DNA of 64,000 nt from Eledone cirrhosa (Eukaryota). Positions within the stretch are counted from its first letter, which is position 1, and each line of letters starts with the position of its first letter. Below are positions 39,664-52,000 of this stretch, piece after piece. The DNA is taken from NCBI GenBank assembly GCA_964016885.1, contig OZ024744.1, positions 79,608,001-79,672,000 of the forward strand. The letters are read 5' to 3'. Made by a program: the position numbers and the translations under genes. The notes under the pieces are model-generated. The model did not search any database. It was given only the letters and a program-made list of their open reading frames with translations, and had not been told where the DNA came from.

Positions 39664-41100
39664 TCATTGTGCATGAGAGAGAAAATGTAATTGTTTAAGC
39701 CTAGTATTTGAATGGTTCTTTTATTATTGGCCGCAAAACAATGCAAGGAATAGTTGAACTTGGTAGGATTTGAACTCAGAATATAAGGTGTTGGAGCCAT
39801 TACTGCACAGTTTTGTTCCAAATGTTTTAATGAATCAACAAATTAAAAGCCTTACGTGTGTGTTTATTGTATATCTTTATTAACCCCTTTGTTACCGTAT
39901 TACTAATGAAATTCTCTGTATTTTAATTAATTTGTGAAGAATTTAGAATAATATACTAAAATTATTAATTATTTCATTTATTAAGATGATATTTGTAGCA
40001 TAGCATAAAAAAAAATTTCTTATGTCAATTAATTTTTGAAGATATGAATTTAAATAGGAATTCTTTTAAATAAATGGCTTTGTTTCATAGAACCAGAGGT
40101 GATTTGGAGCAGGTTGGTATCAAAAGGGTTAAAGTGAGGTAAAAAATGTTTCAAAGTAACTTTGTTTCATCAGAGATAAATTTTGAAATGTTTATGATAT
40201 TGAAAATATCAAGAACTTCCAAGATTTCAATTTACTGGATTTCAAAGACACTGGAAAAAAATCAAAAAAGTTTCTTTGCAAGAGATTTTCCGAGGTAAAA
40301 TGACAATCTGAAAAAAAGAAAAACACACACACACACACGCTGAAAAATTATAAAGTCAGAGAAAATCAGAAATATTTTTTTTAAATTCAAAAAAGATTTT
40401 AAAGAAATACAAACTATTTTACAGAAATAATTCAATAAATTTGAATCTCACAACAAAAAATCTTAGGTAACTAATAATTGACTTTGTTATTTATGAAAAG
40501 AATATAATTTTGTATATAAATAACATTATAAATAATTAAAAAAGAGAAAGAAAAGTGAAAGGAAAATTGATAGAGAAAAAGAAATAAAAAAACTCAGAAA
40601 GAAAGAAAAAAATCTAGGACTGCATACAACAAAAGGCAGGCGAAAGGGGTGGACAAACGAACCGCTACCAGAGTAAAAGATAACAGTATTGCGAGGAGCA
40701 CTGGAAGACCTCTCTAATAATTTTTTAGGCAAACCAGCATGCTCGCAGAGTTACCTCGAGTGATAGTGAGGCTGATGCACTGGAACAACCATGTGCCCTC
40801 ACGAGCGTCACCAGTTACCTCTGGTAACATTAACATAGAAACTGATTGAAAAATAATCCTTTTATTTATTTATTTATTTTTGGATGTTTCCATTATCTCC
40901 TGATATTTTAAAATCTTGAAGGATATTTTTGGTTCAGAAATCTTCCAAAATCTATCTCTGATGAAACAAAGTTACTTTGTAAACTTATTGTCTTACTTTG
41001 ATAAAGATAGTTCATTCTACTGTTTCTATATTGAGTACTTTAATAGTAACTGTAATTGTTTTACAGATTGATAGAAACACACATTATATATATATTTATC

Positions 41101-41247
41101 AAATTTAATATAGAAATGGCTTCTAGAGAACTAGATCTGTTTCATTCCAAAGAAATCATCAGGAAAGCCCTTTCATTAGGCTTTCCTGATGATTTCTTTT
41201 GAATGAAATAGTTCTAGTCCTGTAGAAGCCATTTCTATATTAAATTT
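41101..41247. mobile_element. Fold-back Penelope-like terminus, with a hammerhead motif in each arm
   Basis: Inverted arms of about 69 bp (41101-41169 / 41179-41247) with a 9-nt loop. Each arm reads GGCTTTC CTGATGA TTTC..GAAT GAAA YAG..CTAG.. CTS TA GAAGCC. Confidence 0.7.
41179..41230 (+). ncRNA. Candidate type I hammerhead ribozyme on the Clock sense strand
   Basis: Stem I GGCUUUC/GAAGCC; CUGAUGA at 41186-41192; stem II UUC/GAA closed by U.U; GAAA at 41205-41208; stem III UAG/CUG; GUA triplet at 41222-41224. Confidence 0.6.
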
Positions 41248-42185
41248 TGTATATACTCTACTAATGTATTGAGTACTTCACTTATTATGGTTACACCCGA
41301 TTGAACCTGCAACTCACACATGTATATATATCATCATCATTACTCCACTTTTCTATGTTTGAATGAGTTGGACAAGTCTTTTCCAGCACAGCTTTCTTCA
41401 ATTTGAGGTGGTCCTTTGTCATTTCATCTGTAGGATTCAGTGTTCTGAGATCAGCTCTTATGACATCTGCTAAGGTTTTCCTCAGTCTTCCTCTTCTGCA
41501 GCTTCCTTCTACTTAGAACTCTTGGCTCTTCTTCACCCAACAATCATCATCCATATGCTTCACAGGTCCATATCTGTACAGTCTTCTCTCCTGCACACAA
41601 TATCTGATTCCTCTTAAGCTCAGTTTTTTTTCCCTTTCAACTCATCTGTGCTGCATCGTTCATGCACACATTGTTACTCACCCAGTGAAGCATACTAGCC
41701 TCATTTCTTTCTAATCTTCACACATCCTCTACACTCAATACCCATGTCTCGCTACTATGCAACATCACCCTTCATACACAATTATCATATAATCATCTAC
41801 CCTTCACTCTGAGAGAGAATCTTTGTTGCCAGAAGTAATAGCTCCCAGAAATTTTTCTACCCAATTCTTATTTTGTCTACCTTGCTGTCAGAGCAACCTA
41901 CTCCACTGCTTACTTGGTCATCTACGTAACATAAACTATCAACTACTTCTATGGAGCCTTCTTTGAATTTGAAATATAAGGACTAATTATATTTCTAGTG
42001 TAACATTTCAATATCTTTGTTATTATTATCATTAATATTTAATATTTTGACCTGTATTGTTATAACTGATCTGTAACAAACTGTATTCTACGCATATATA
42101 TGTAGATATATGTTGTATATATTTACTATTGTTTTGTCTATTTTTGGTTTTTCAAACATTCTTTTTTTCTTCTTTCTCTTTATAG

Positions 42186-42269
42186 CAATTATCTACAGTG
42201 CTCACTCAAGGACAACCCACCCTAGCTGTATCAGGGATATCCCTCCCTCAACTTGCCCAACGTCCTGCT
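42186..42269 (+). CDS. Clock: Probable Clock coding exon (QLSTVLTQGQPTLAVSGISLPQLAQRPA)
   Basis: Strong polypyrimidine tract and tatag acceptor; GCT|gtaagc donor; 84 nt, phase 0-0, stop-free. GC-balanced unique sequence in an AT-rich context. No recognisable homology. Confidence 0.65.
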
Positions 42270-42862
42270 GTAAGCATCTTTTTTTACTTTTTAAATTTGT
42301 AAAATTTTAGTTTGTTTCTTTTGCTCTTCTACTTGTTGTTATTGTGGGTCTGCTTTGATGGATCAGTGGAGCAAATCTACAATAAATGATTATATCAAAA
42401 TAGCTGGCCCTGTGCCGTCAAAAATGATGGCTAATTGTAATATCTATACATAATATAAAAAAGATATGTTTGTTTGTTGGTTGGTTCCTTCGAGCTCACT
42501 CACACAAGTGATACAAACATACAAACACAGACAATGTGTGTGGCCAAATTGCTACACATGCACACTCACACAAGTGATACAAACATACAAACACAGACAA
42601 TGTGTGTGGCCAAATTGCTACACATGCACACACACACACAAGTGTGACTAATCTTAGAATGCTGGACTTCTATAGTTGCTCACCCTCTCCTTCCTCATTC
42701 ATCGCATTGTTGTGTGTGTGTATGTAATAATTATTTTTTCTAAGTCTGTCTGTTTATATATATATGTATGTGTAGATTCGTGTGTGTTTGTAATTCTATT
42801 GCCTATGTATCTTTCTAAATATACACACACAAACACATATACACTCACACATATATTATATA

Positions 42863-43747
42863 CTAGCAGTGGTACCTGGCGTGGCATGGGATAAGGTATT
42901 TTGGAACGCGGGCAACCAACAGACCTAATTGTGGAAAAACTGCATGCATGGACAATATGTAAAGCAAATAAACCAAATACTCTGATGGCTGGATAATCTT
43001 TAAGCTTTTCCTCGATGAAGCAGGAAAAATGCAGGTTTTCACCTAATGAGGGCCCTAGGGGATCAAGAAAATGAATTTTTTTTTATGTGCATAATATGCC
43101 TTGAAATTTCGGGAAAATCGGCTGGACGTAACACCTCCAAAAAGCCCTAAGAAGCTGAAAAGATGAAGTTTTTCACCTAATGCGGGCCCTAGGCCATAAA
43201 AAAAGTTGGATTTTCTTTGCTCACGGTATGAAGAAGAAACTGACTAATACATAGTTACAATTTCAAGGAAATCGGTCTGACGTAACGCCTCAAAAAAACC
43301 CTAAAAAGCTTAAAAAACGCAGTTTTTCACCTAATGCAGGCCCTAGATCAAAACGTTGAATTTTTTTATTCATGTGCATAACACTCCCTGAAACATAAGT
43401 AATACACATGTAAAGTTTGAAAAAAATCAGTTGGGTACTTCTCGAGTTTTAGGGATTCAAACTCACAGACGTGCACACACACACACAGACAGAGATCTTC
43501 AGGGAAGTGACGTAATGCAGACAGTCAGATATACAGACAGATATTATAAGGGTGCAACGTTATATGTATGTATCTATCTAAAAAGAGAAAGACTAAGAAT
43601 TATAGAGAGTGATCGCTAAATCGCCTAATGCGATCCCTAGGGCATTGAAAATTCGAAATTTTTTTTGCTCAGAACACTCCCTGAGTATTACATGTGTAAA
43701 GTTTGAAAACAGTCAGTTGGGTGGTTCTCGAGTTTTAGGGATTCAAA

Positions 43748-43791
<44 letters not shown>

Positions 43792-43813
43792 TCCTCAGTT
43801 TTATATATATAGA
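42863..43813 (-). mobile_element. Non-autonomous Helitron
   Basis: On the minus strand it starts A|TCTATATATATAAAACTGAGGATGTCTGTGTG and ends with a GC-rich hairpin + CTAG|T, with no TSD. Four internal cacctaatg..gccctag repeats. Confidence 0.8.
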
Positions 43814-44124
43814 TTAATATAATTTACACAAACACACATATACACACACATAATCATAACAGCCAATGTGTGTAGCTAATTCGCTATACATATAGACACA
43901 CAGGTGTAGTGAATATTAGATGCTGCCACCCCTCCTTCCCCAGTCATCTCTTGTGATGGGCAAATACACAAAGGTATTAAATATTGGTAGATGTTTATCT
44001 GTACTGAGGAATACATCATCTGATATGTTTATTTCTATTGAGGGAAAATTTGGTTTCTATTTCTAGTTGGTTGAACAACTGTGCTGAGGCTTCCCTGTTG
44101 GAAGATAGTTGTAACACCTTTGCA

Positions 44125-44214
<90 letters not shown>

Positions 44215-45963
44215 GAGAGGTCAATAGTGGTCCGTCTTGGCAAGAGGTTCAATTAACCAACTTGAGGTTACATAGAAAAGACACTTGCCCAAGGTGCCAA
44301 GCAACAGAGTATAACCCCAACCATGGTGTTGCTAAACCTATTGCATGTGTGTGTGTGTGTGTGTGTGTACTTGTATGCCTGTAAATGATGTTATTTTCCA
44401 ACTAGCCAAATAATTCCACTATTTTAAGCTAACAAGATTCTTTGGTGCCTTCTGAGCCTCTGCCCACACTACCACCACCACTGCCTTTCTCTTCAATCTG
44501 CCTGGAACCACCTCCAGTTTTATAATACTAGAATGTTTTTCAACACACTGGCCTCTGTGTATATGTGTGTATGTACATATGCATACATTTATATGTATGA
44601 GTATATAAATATAAATGTGCAAACACAGACGCTCTTACAAAAATACACACTCACAGACATACATTCACACAAACACACACATTCATTCACACAAACACAC
44701 ACATACATTCACACAAACACACACATATATTCACACAAACACTCTCTGATACATTTACACAAACACATACACTCACACACAGCGTAGCAAATGGAACGTT
44801 AGCCACTGTTTTGTTATAGTTTTTCCACCATCCCCTTCCTTTCTTTTTACACACCCATACATACACACACACACTGTGTGACGGATGGACAGAAGTCGCT
44901 CAAATTTATATATAGATAAAACCTTTAGTTTAACCCTTTTTCGTTCTAGTTCTATGAAACAAAAACATCAATTTTAAAGGGTTTCTATTTAAATTTACAT
45001 TTAACATAATTTTATATAAGAATCATATGTTAAGTTACTATTTTAATAATGAACTAATTAATAATTTTACCAAATCCCTCAAAATTCTTCATTAATTAAT
45101 TAGAATAAGGGCGATGGATTGGCAGTATCGGTAGAGGGTCAGACGCCATGCTTTCCAGCAAACATTTACGTCCCTTTACAGTCTGAGTCCAAATCCCGCC
45201 GAGGTTAACTTTGCCTTTCATCTGTACGGGGTCGATAAAATAAAGTACCAGTAATGTACTGGGTAATTGCTGGCCTTGTGCCAAAAGTAGAAACAATTAA
45301 TTAATTAGAATAAGAGTGTACATAATTAGTATTTTGGTCAAGAAAGGGTCAAAGTATCTATATTTAATTTTTACCTTTCTATCATAATGAAAATTGAACT
45401 TATTTTACAAAATTTTCTCAATTTTTAGAATTTTATTAGAAATTCTAACTGGCCCCCTGTCATAAAAAATGACGACTAATTGTAATATCTATATCATCAT
45501 CATCGTTTAACGTCTCTTCCACACTAGCATGGGTTAGACGGGAATTGTCCCACTTGAGGCAAGGTTGGTTGGGTGACCGTGTCTTGCTCATATAGGACTG
45601 TCTGGCAGGTTTTCTACGGCTGGATGCCCTTCCTAACACCAACCGCATTTACAGTGTGGACTGGGAGGTTTTTTACCACGTTACAGTGTGGACTGGGTGC
45701 TTTTTTGTCGTGACACCTACCATAATATAAAGATATGTTTGTTTGTTGGTTGGTTGGTTGGTTCCTTCCCGCTCACTCACACAAGTGATACAAACACACA
45801 AACACAGCCAATGTGTGTTGCCAATTCGCTATACATATACACATACAGATGTAGTGAATGTTAGCCACTGATTTCTGTACTTTGTCATCACTCCTTCCTT
45901 CCTCAGTCATCTCTAGTGCATGATGGGCAAATACACATTGGCTATTATTATTTAGTGGATAGT

Positions 45964-46329
45964 CGTTTCTACTTTTGGCACAAGGCCAGCAAATACCCAG
46001 TACATTACTGGTACTATATTTTATCGATCCTGTAAGGATGAAAGGCAAAGTTAACCTCGACAGTATTTGAACTCAGACATAAAGACCCGTAACTATGCTG
46101 GAAAGCATGGTGTCTGACCCTCTACTGATACTGCCAATTCACTGCTCTTAGTGAATTGGCAGTATCAGTAGAGGGTCAGACACCATGCTTTCCAGCATAG
46201 TTATGGGTCTTTATGTCTGAGTTCAAATACTGTTGAAGTTAACTTTGCCTTTCATCCTTACAGGATCGATAAAATAAAGTATCAGTAATGTACTGGGTAT
46301 TTGCTGGCCTTGTGCCAAAAGTAATAACA
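45964..46329. mobile_element. Head-to-head palindromic SINE dimer
   Basis: Arms at 45964-46143 (-) and 46150-46329 (+) with a 6-nt loop. Flanked by the direct repeat attatttagtggatagt (45947-45963, 46330-46346). Confidence 0.88.
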
Positions 46330-47976
46330 ATTATTTAGTGGATAGTAAGTGCCTTTTTAGGTACAGTACTGTTTTGTCCCTACTTCTTAAACACACCTGA
46401 GACATTCTTAGCTTCATCTCCCTTCTGCCTCATCTGGCTCACCCTCTAACACCCTCCTTCCCCCTCTCTCTCTCTCTCTCTCTCGCTCTCTCCACACAAT
46501 TCCTTCACATAAATTCTTTCATCATAGATTTGTCCACAACACAAGCATCACTATTATTCTATTTCTCGCTGTCTCTCTTTCTCCTTCTTTCTCTTCTCTC
46601 TTCTACTTCACTCTTGTCAACTCTTATGAAACTCCTATTTTGTTATTGGTTGGAATGGACCTCCATCAGTTTCAATGATGATTATTTCAGTTGTCTGAAC
46701 AATGGAACAGCCTGTTCATGAAATTAGCATGTAAGTGGCTGAGCATTCCACAGACATGTGTGACAAGTCTGGTCCTTTTCAATTACAGATACAGTCCATC
46801 TGACAGGCTTCCAAACAGTTTCTGTCTACCCAATTTCACTCACAAGTGTCGGTCATCTTGAGGCTATAGTTTATGACATTTGCCTAAGATGTCACGCAGT
46901 AGAATTAATCCAGGGATCTAATGACTGCGAAGCAAACTTCTTAACTATTTGGCCATGCTTATCCACATTTTATTATAATACTGAGAGTCAGTCTACATCT
47001 CAGAATTTTTTAACTCTTTACTATTTACATTACTCTATATATACTATTGTATTTTTGAAGTAAAGGCTTTACCTCACATAATTATCTCACATAATATCGA
47101 AGCTATGAGATTTTTAATATTATTTATTTTGAGAACAATACCTGAACATCAGTATGAGTGGCTGGTTATAGCCGGTTTGAACAGAAAGAGGTAAGAAAAT
47201 TCTGGACAGATACGGCTGGTTTAAATGCTAAAGAGTTAAGGTATAAACAAGTGCTGCTGATCTACATAATAAAAGCACCTAGTGGCTGGTGATAGGAAGG
47301 GCATCCAGCTGTAGAAAGCTTGCCAAATGAAGGGTTAGGAGGACCCTTCAGTTGTGTCAAGGACATGACAACCTCCCTAGTTTTAGTGATCTACATGATA
47401 AATGGAGGACTCTTTAGTTTCTGTTAAGACACAACTTCACCTGCACTCAATATGACTACGTAAGTGGGATACTGACCTCCTCAGCCTGCCCTGTCATCAG
47501 TAGCCCCATGTCAATACTAATTTGGTTTATGTAGACCTGTCCAACCCTTACTAGTAGGGAAAGCAGACGGTAAATGATGATGAAAATGAAGATGATGATG
47601 ATGATAAAACAATTAAAACTTACTAGGAATTGTTCCATTCTTCAATGAACTCCAACAGTTTGAACTTCTAGCTGGAGATTTATCTCTCATCTCTCCTTTG
47701 TGTTTCTGTACACAACAGTATATTGTACATCACCACAGTCCACCTAGGTACCATTCTGGGAATGTTACCTGTAATAGACTGGTGTCTTATCCTGGTGGAG
47801 ATCTATCTCTCATCTGTTGTGTTTCTGTATACAACACTATATTGCTACATTACCACAGTCTACCTATTTACCACCAGATATTCATGAAAAGTTACCTGTG
47901 ATAGACTAGTGTCATATCCTGGTGGAGATCTATCTCTCATCCTCTCTGTTTTGATTCTATACACAACACTATATTG

Positions 47977-48714
47977 CACCTGAATGCCAGTTGCTTTGCA
48001 TGTCACATGGAGCTAAACCGTATTCTGAAGAGAGCTTTAACCCGGGCAAACATCTCAATTTTGGAACCATCTGGGTTGTCCAGAAGTGATGGAAAAAGAC
48101 CTGATGGACTTACCCTGTGCCCCTGGTCAAGAGGCAGATGTCTTATCTGGAACGTCACAGTTAGTGACACTTTTGCTTCTTCCCACATCCTGGATGTTGC
48201 AGTTAGGGCGAGAGTCACAGCTTCCGCAGCCAAATAGAACAAAACCCTGAAATACTGTGATCTGTCGACCAACTACATTTTCCAGCCTGTGACGTTCGAA
48301 ACATTTGGTTGAGTTGAGCTACTGACTGTGAGTTTCCTATCTTCACTGGCAGCTCGCCTAACAGAGTTAACTGGTGATGCTCGTGAGGGCGCTTGGTTGT
48401 TCCAGCACCTCAGCCTTGCCGTCACCCGTGGTTACGCTGCGAGCGTGCTGGCTTGCCTAAAAAATAATTAAAGAGGTTTTCCAGTGCTCCTTGCAATACT
48501 GTTATCTTTTACTATGGTAGTGGCTTGGTTGTCCACCCCTTTTGCCTGCCTTTTGTTGTATGTGGTCTCAAATGTGTGTTTTTTTTTGTTATTTTTCCTT
48601 TTCTCTTTTCTGTCTCTCTTTTCTTTATATTATAGTTGTTTGTGATTTCATTCTGTAAGCATTGTATAATTATATCTCTTTTTATACAACAGTGAATAAA
48701 ACCTATTCTACATA
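47977..48714 (+). mobile_element. 5'-truncated CRE-clade non-LTR retrotransposon (C-terminal restriction-like endonuclease + 3' UTR)
   Basis: LEPSGLSRSDGKRPDGLTLCPWSRGRCLIWNVTVSDT...KY..L...Y.FQPVTFETFG...WLFQHLSLAVTRGYAASVL, with internal stops. AATAAA at 48695-48700; candidate TSD tatattg at 47970-47976 and 48715-48721. Confidence 0.8.
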
Positions 48715-49012
48715 TATATTGTACATTACCACAGTTTACCTAGGTATCACCAGATATTCTGGGAATGTCACCTGTAATAGACTGGTTTCATATCCTGTTG
48801 GAGATATATCTCTCATCGGTTATGTTTCTGTGTACAACTCTACATTGTACATTGAAACAGTCTACCTAGGTACTATCAGATAATCTGGTAATGTTACCTG
48901 CAATAGACAGGTGTCCTATCCTGGTGAAGATTTATCTCCCTTCCTCTCCTTTTTGTTTCTATACACAACACTATATTCTATATTACAAACAGTTCACATA
49001 GCTACTGCAAGA

Positions 49013-52000
49013 CAGTCCACCTAGCTGTAAGTAGGTACCACAGTGTGATATAGTTCACTGTGCTGTGTCTATAACCAAGATACTCCACTGTCAACAGTCC
49101 ACCTAGCTGTAAGTAGGTACCACAGTGTGATATAGTTCACTGTACAGTGTCTATAACCAACACACTTAACTATCAACAGTCCACCTAGCTGTAAGTAGGT
49201 ACCACAGTGTGGTATAGTTCACTCTACTGTGTCTATAACCAAGACACTTAACTATCAGCAGTCCACCTAGCTGTAAGTAGGTACCACAGTGTGGTATAGT
49301 TCACTGTACTGTGTCTATAACCAAGACACTTAACTATGAGCAGTTCACCTAGCTGTAAGTAGGTACCACAGTGTGGTATAGTTCACTGTACTGTGTCTAT
49401 AACCAAGACACTTAACTATCAACAGTCTACCTAGCTGTAAGTAGGTACCACAGTGTGGTATAGTTCACTGTACAGTGTCTATAACCAAGACACTTAACTA
49501 TCAACAGTCCACCTAACTGTAAGTAGGTACCACAGTGTGGTATAGTTCACTGTACTGTGTCTATAACCAAGACACTCCACTGTCAACAGTCCACCTAACT
49601 GTAAGTAGGTACCACAGTGTGGTATAGTTCACTGTACTGTGTCTATAACCAAGACACTTAACTGTCAACAGTCCACCTAGCTGTAAGTAGGTACCACTGT
49701 GGTATAGTTCACTGTACTGTGTCTATAACCAAGACACTTAACTGTCAACAGTCCAGTCCACCTAGCTGTAAGTAGGAACCACAGTGTGGTATAGTTCACT
49801 GTACTGTGTCTATAACCAAGACACTCCACTGTCAACAGTCCACCTAACTGTAAGTAGGTACCACAGTGTGGTATAGTTGACTGTACTGTGTCTATAACCA
49901 AGACACTTAACTATCAACAGTCTACCTAGCTGTAAGTAGGTACCACAGTGTGGTATAGTTCACTGTACTGTGTCTATAACCAAGACACTTAACTGTCAAC
50001 AGTCCACCTAGCTGTAAGTAGGCACCACAGTGCGGTATAGTTCACTGTACTGTGTCTATAACCAAGACACTTAACTATCAACAGTCTACCTAGCTGTAAG
50101 TAGGTACCACAGTGTGGTATAGTTCACTGTACAGTGTCTATAACCAAGACACTTAACTATCAACAGTCCACCTAACTGTAAGTAGGTACCACAGTGTGGT
50201 ATAGTTCACTGTACTGTGTCTATAACCAAGACACTCCACTGTCAACAGTCCACCTAACTGTAAGTAGGTACCACAGTGTGGTATAGTTCACTGTACTGTG
50301 TCTATAACCAAGACACTTAACTGTCAACAGTCCACCTAGCTGTAAGTAGGTACCACTGTGGTATAGTTCACTGTACTGTGTCTATAACCAAGACACTTAA
50401 CTGTCAACAGTCCAGTCCACCTAGCTGTAAGTAGGAACCACAGTGTGGTATAGTTCACTGTACTGTGTCTATAACTAAGATACTCCACTGTCAACAGTCC
50501 ACCTAGCTGTAAGTAGGTACCACAGTGTGGTATAGTTCACTGTACTGTGTCTATAACCAAGACACTTAACTATCAGCAGTCCACCTAGCTGTAAGTAGGT
50601 ACCACAGTGTGGTATAGTTCACTGTACTGTGTCTATAACCAAGATACTTAACTATCAACAGTCCACCTAGCTGTAAGTAGGTACCACAGTGTGGTATAGT
50701 TCACTCTACTGTGTCTATAACCAACACACTTAACTATCAACAGTCCACCTAGCTGTAAGTAGGTACCACAGTGTGGTATAGTTCACTGTACTGTGTCTAT
50801 AACCAACACACTTAACTATCAACAGTCCACCTAGCTGTAAGTAGGTACCACAGTGTGGTATAGTTCACTGTACTGTGTCTATAACCAAGACACTTAACTA
50901 TCAACAGTCCACCTAGCTGTAAGTAGGTACCACAGTGTGGTATAGTTCACTGTACTGTGTCTATAACCAAGACACTTAACTATCAACAGTCCACCTAGCT
51001 GTAAGTAGGTACCACAGTGTGGTATAGTTCACTGTACTGTGTCTATAACCAAGACACTTAACTGTCAACAGTCCACATAGCTGTAAGTAGGTACCACAGT
51101 GTGGTATAGTTCACTGTACTGTGTCTATAACCAAGACACTTAACTGTCAACAGTCCACCTAGCTGTAAGTAGGTACCACAGTGTGGTATAGTTCACTGTA
51201 CTGTGTCTATAACCAAGACACTTAACTGTCAACAGTCCACATAGCTGTAAGTAGGTACCACAGTGTGGTATAGTTCACTGTACTGTGTCTATAACCAAGA
51301 CACTTAACTGTCAACAGTCCACCTAGCTGTAAGTAGGTACCACAGTGTGGTATAGTTCACTGTACTGTGTCTATAACCAAGACACTTAACTGTCAACAGT
51401 CCACATAGCTGTAAGTAGGTACCACAGTGTGGTATAGTTCACTGTACTGTGTCTATAACCAAGACACTTAACTATCAACAGTGTACCTAGCTGTAAGTAG
51501 GTACCACAGTGTGGTATAGTTCACTGTACTGTGTCTATAACCAAGACACTTAACTGTCAACAGTCCACATAGCTGTAAGTAGGTACCACAGTGTGGTATA
51601 GTTCACTGTACTGTGTCTATAACCAAGACACTTAACTGTCAACAGTCCACCTAGCTGTAAGTAGGTACCACAGTGTGGTATAGTTCACTGTACTGTGTCT
51701 ATAACCAAGACACTTAACTGTCAACAGTCCACATAGCTGTAAGTAGGTACCACAGTGTGGTATAGTTCACTGTACTGTGTCTATAACCAAGACACTTAAC
51801 TATCAACAGTCCACCTAGCTGTAAGTAGGTACCACAGTGTGGTATAGTTCACTGTACTGTGTCTATAACCAAGACACTTAACTATCAACAGTCTACCTAG
51901 CTGTAAGTAGGTACCACAGTGTGGTATAGTTCACTGTACTGTGTCTATAACAAAGACACTTAACTATCAGCAGTCCACCTAGCTGTAAGTAGGTACCACA

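Noticed and set aside
50766-50804. RSS-like CACAGTG heptamer in each 82-bp monomer, followed about 22 nt later by tctataacc
   Set aside because: The nonamer match is only 6/9 and lacks the A-tract, and no Transib/RAG sequence is nearby; most likely chance.
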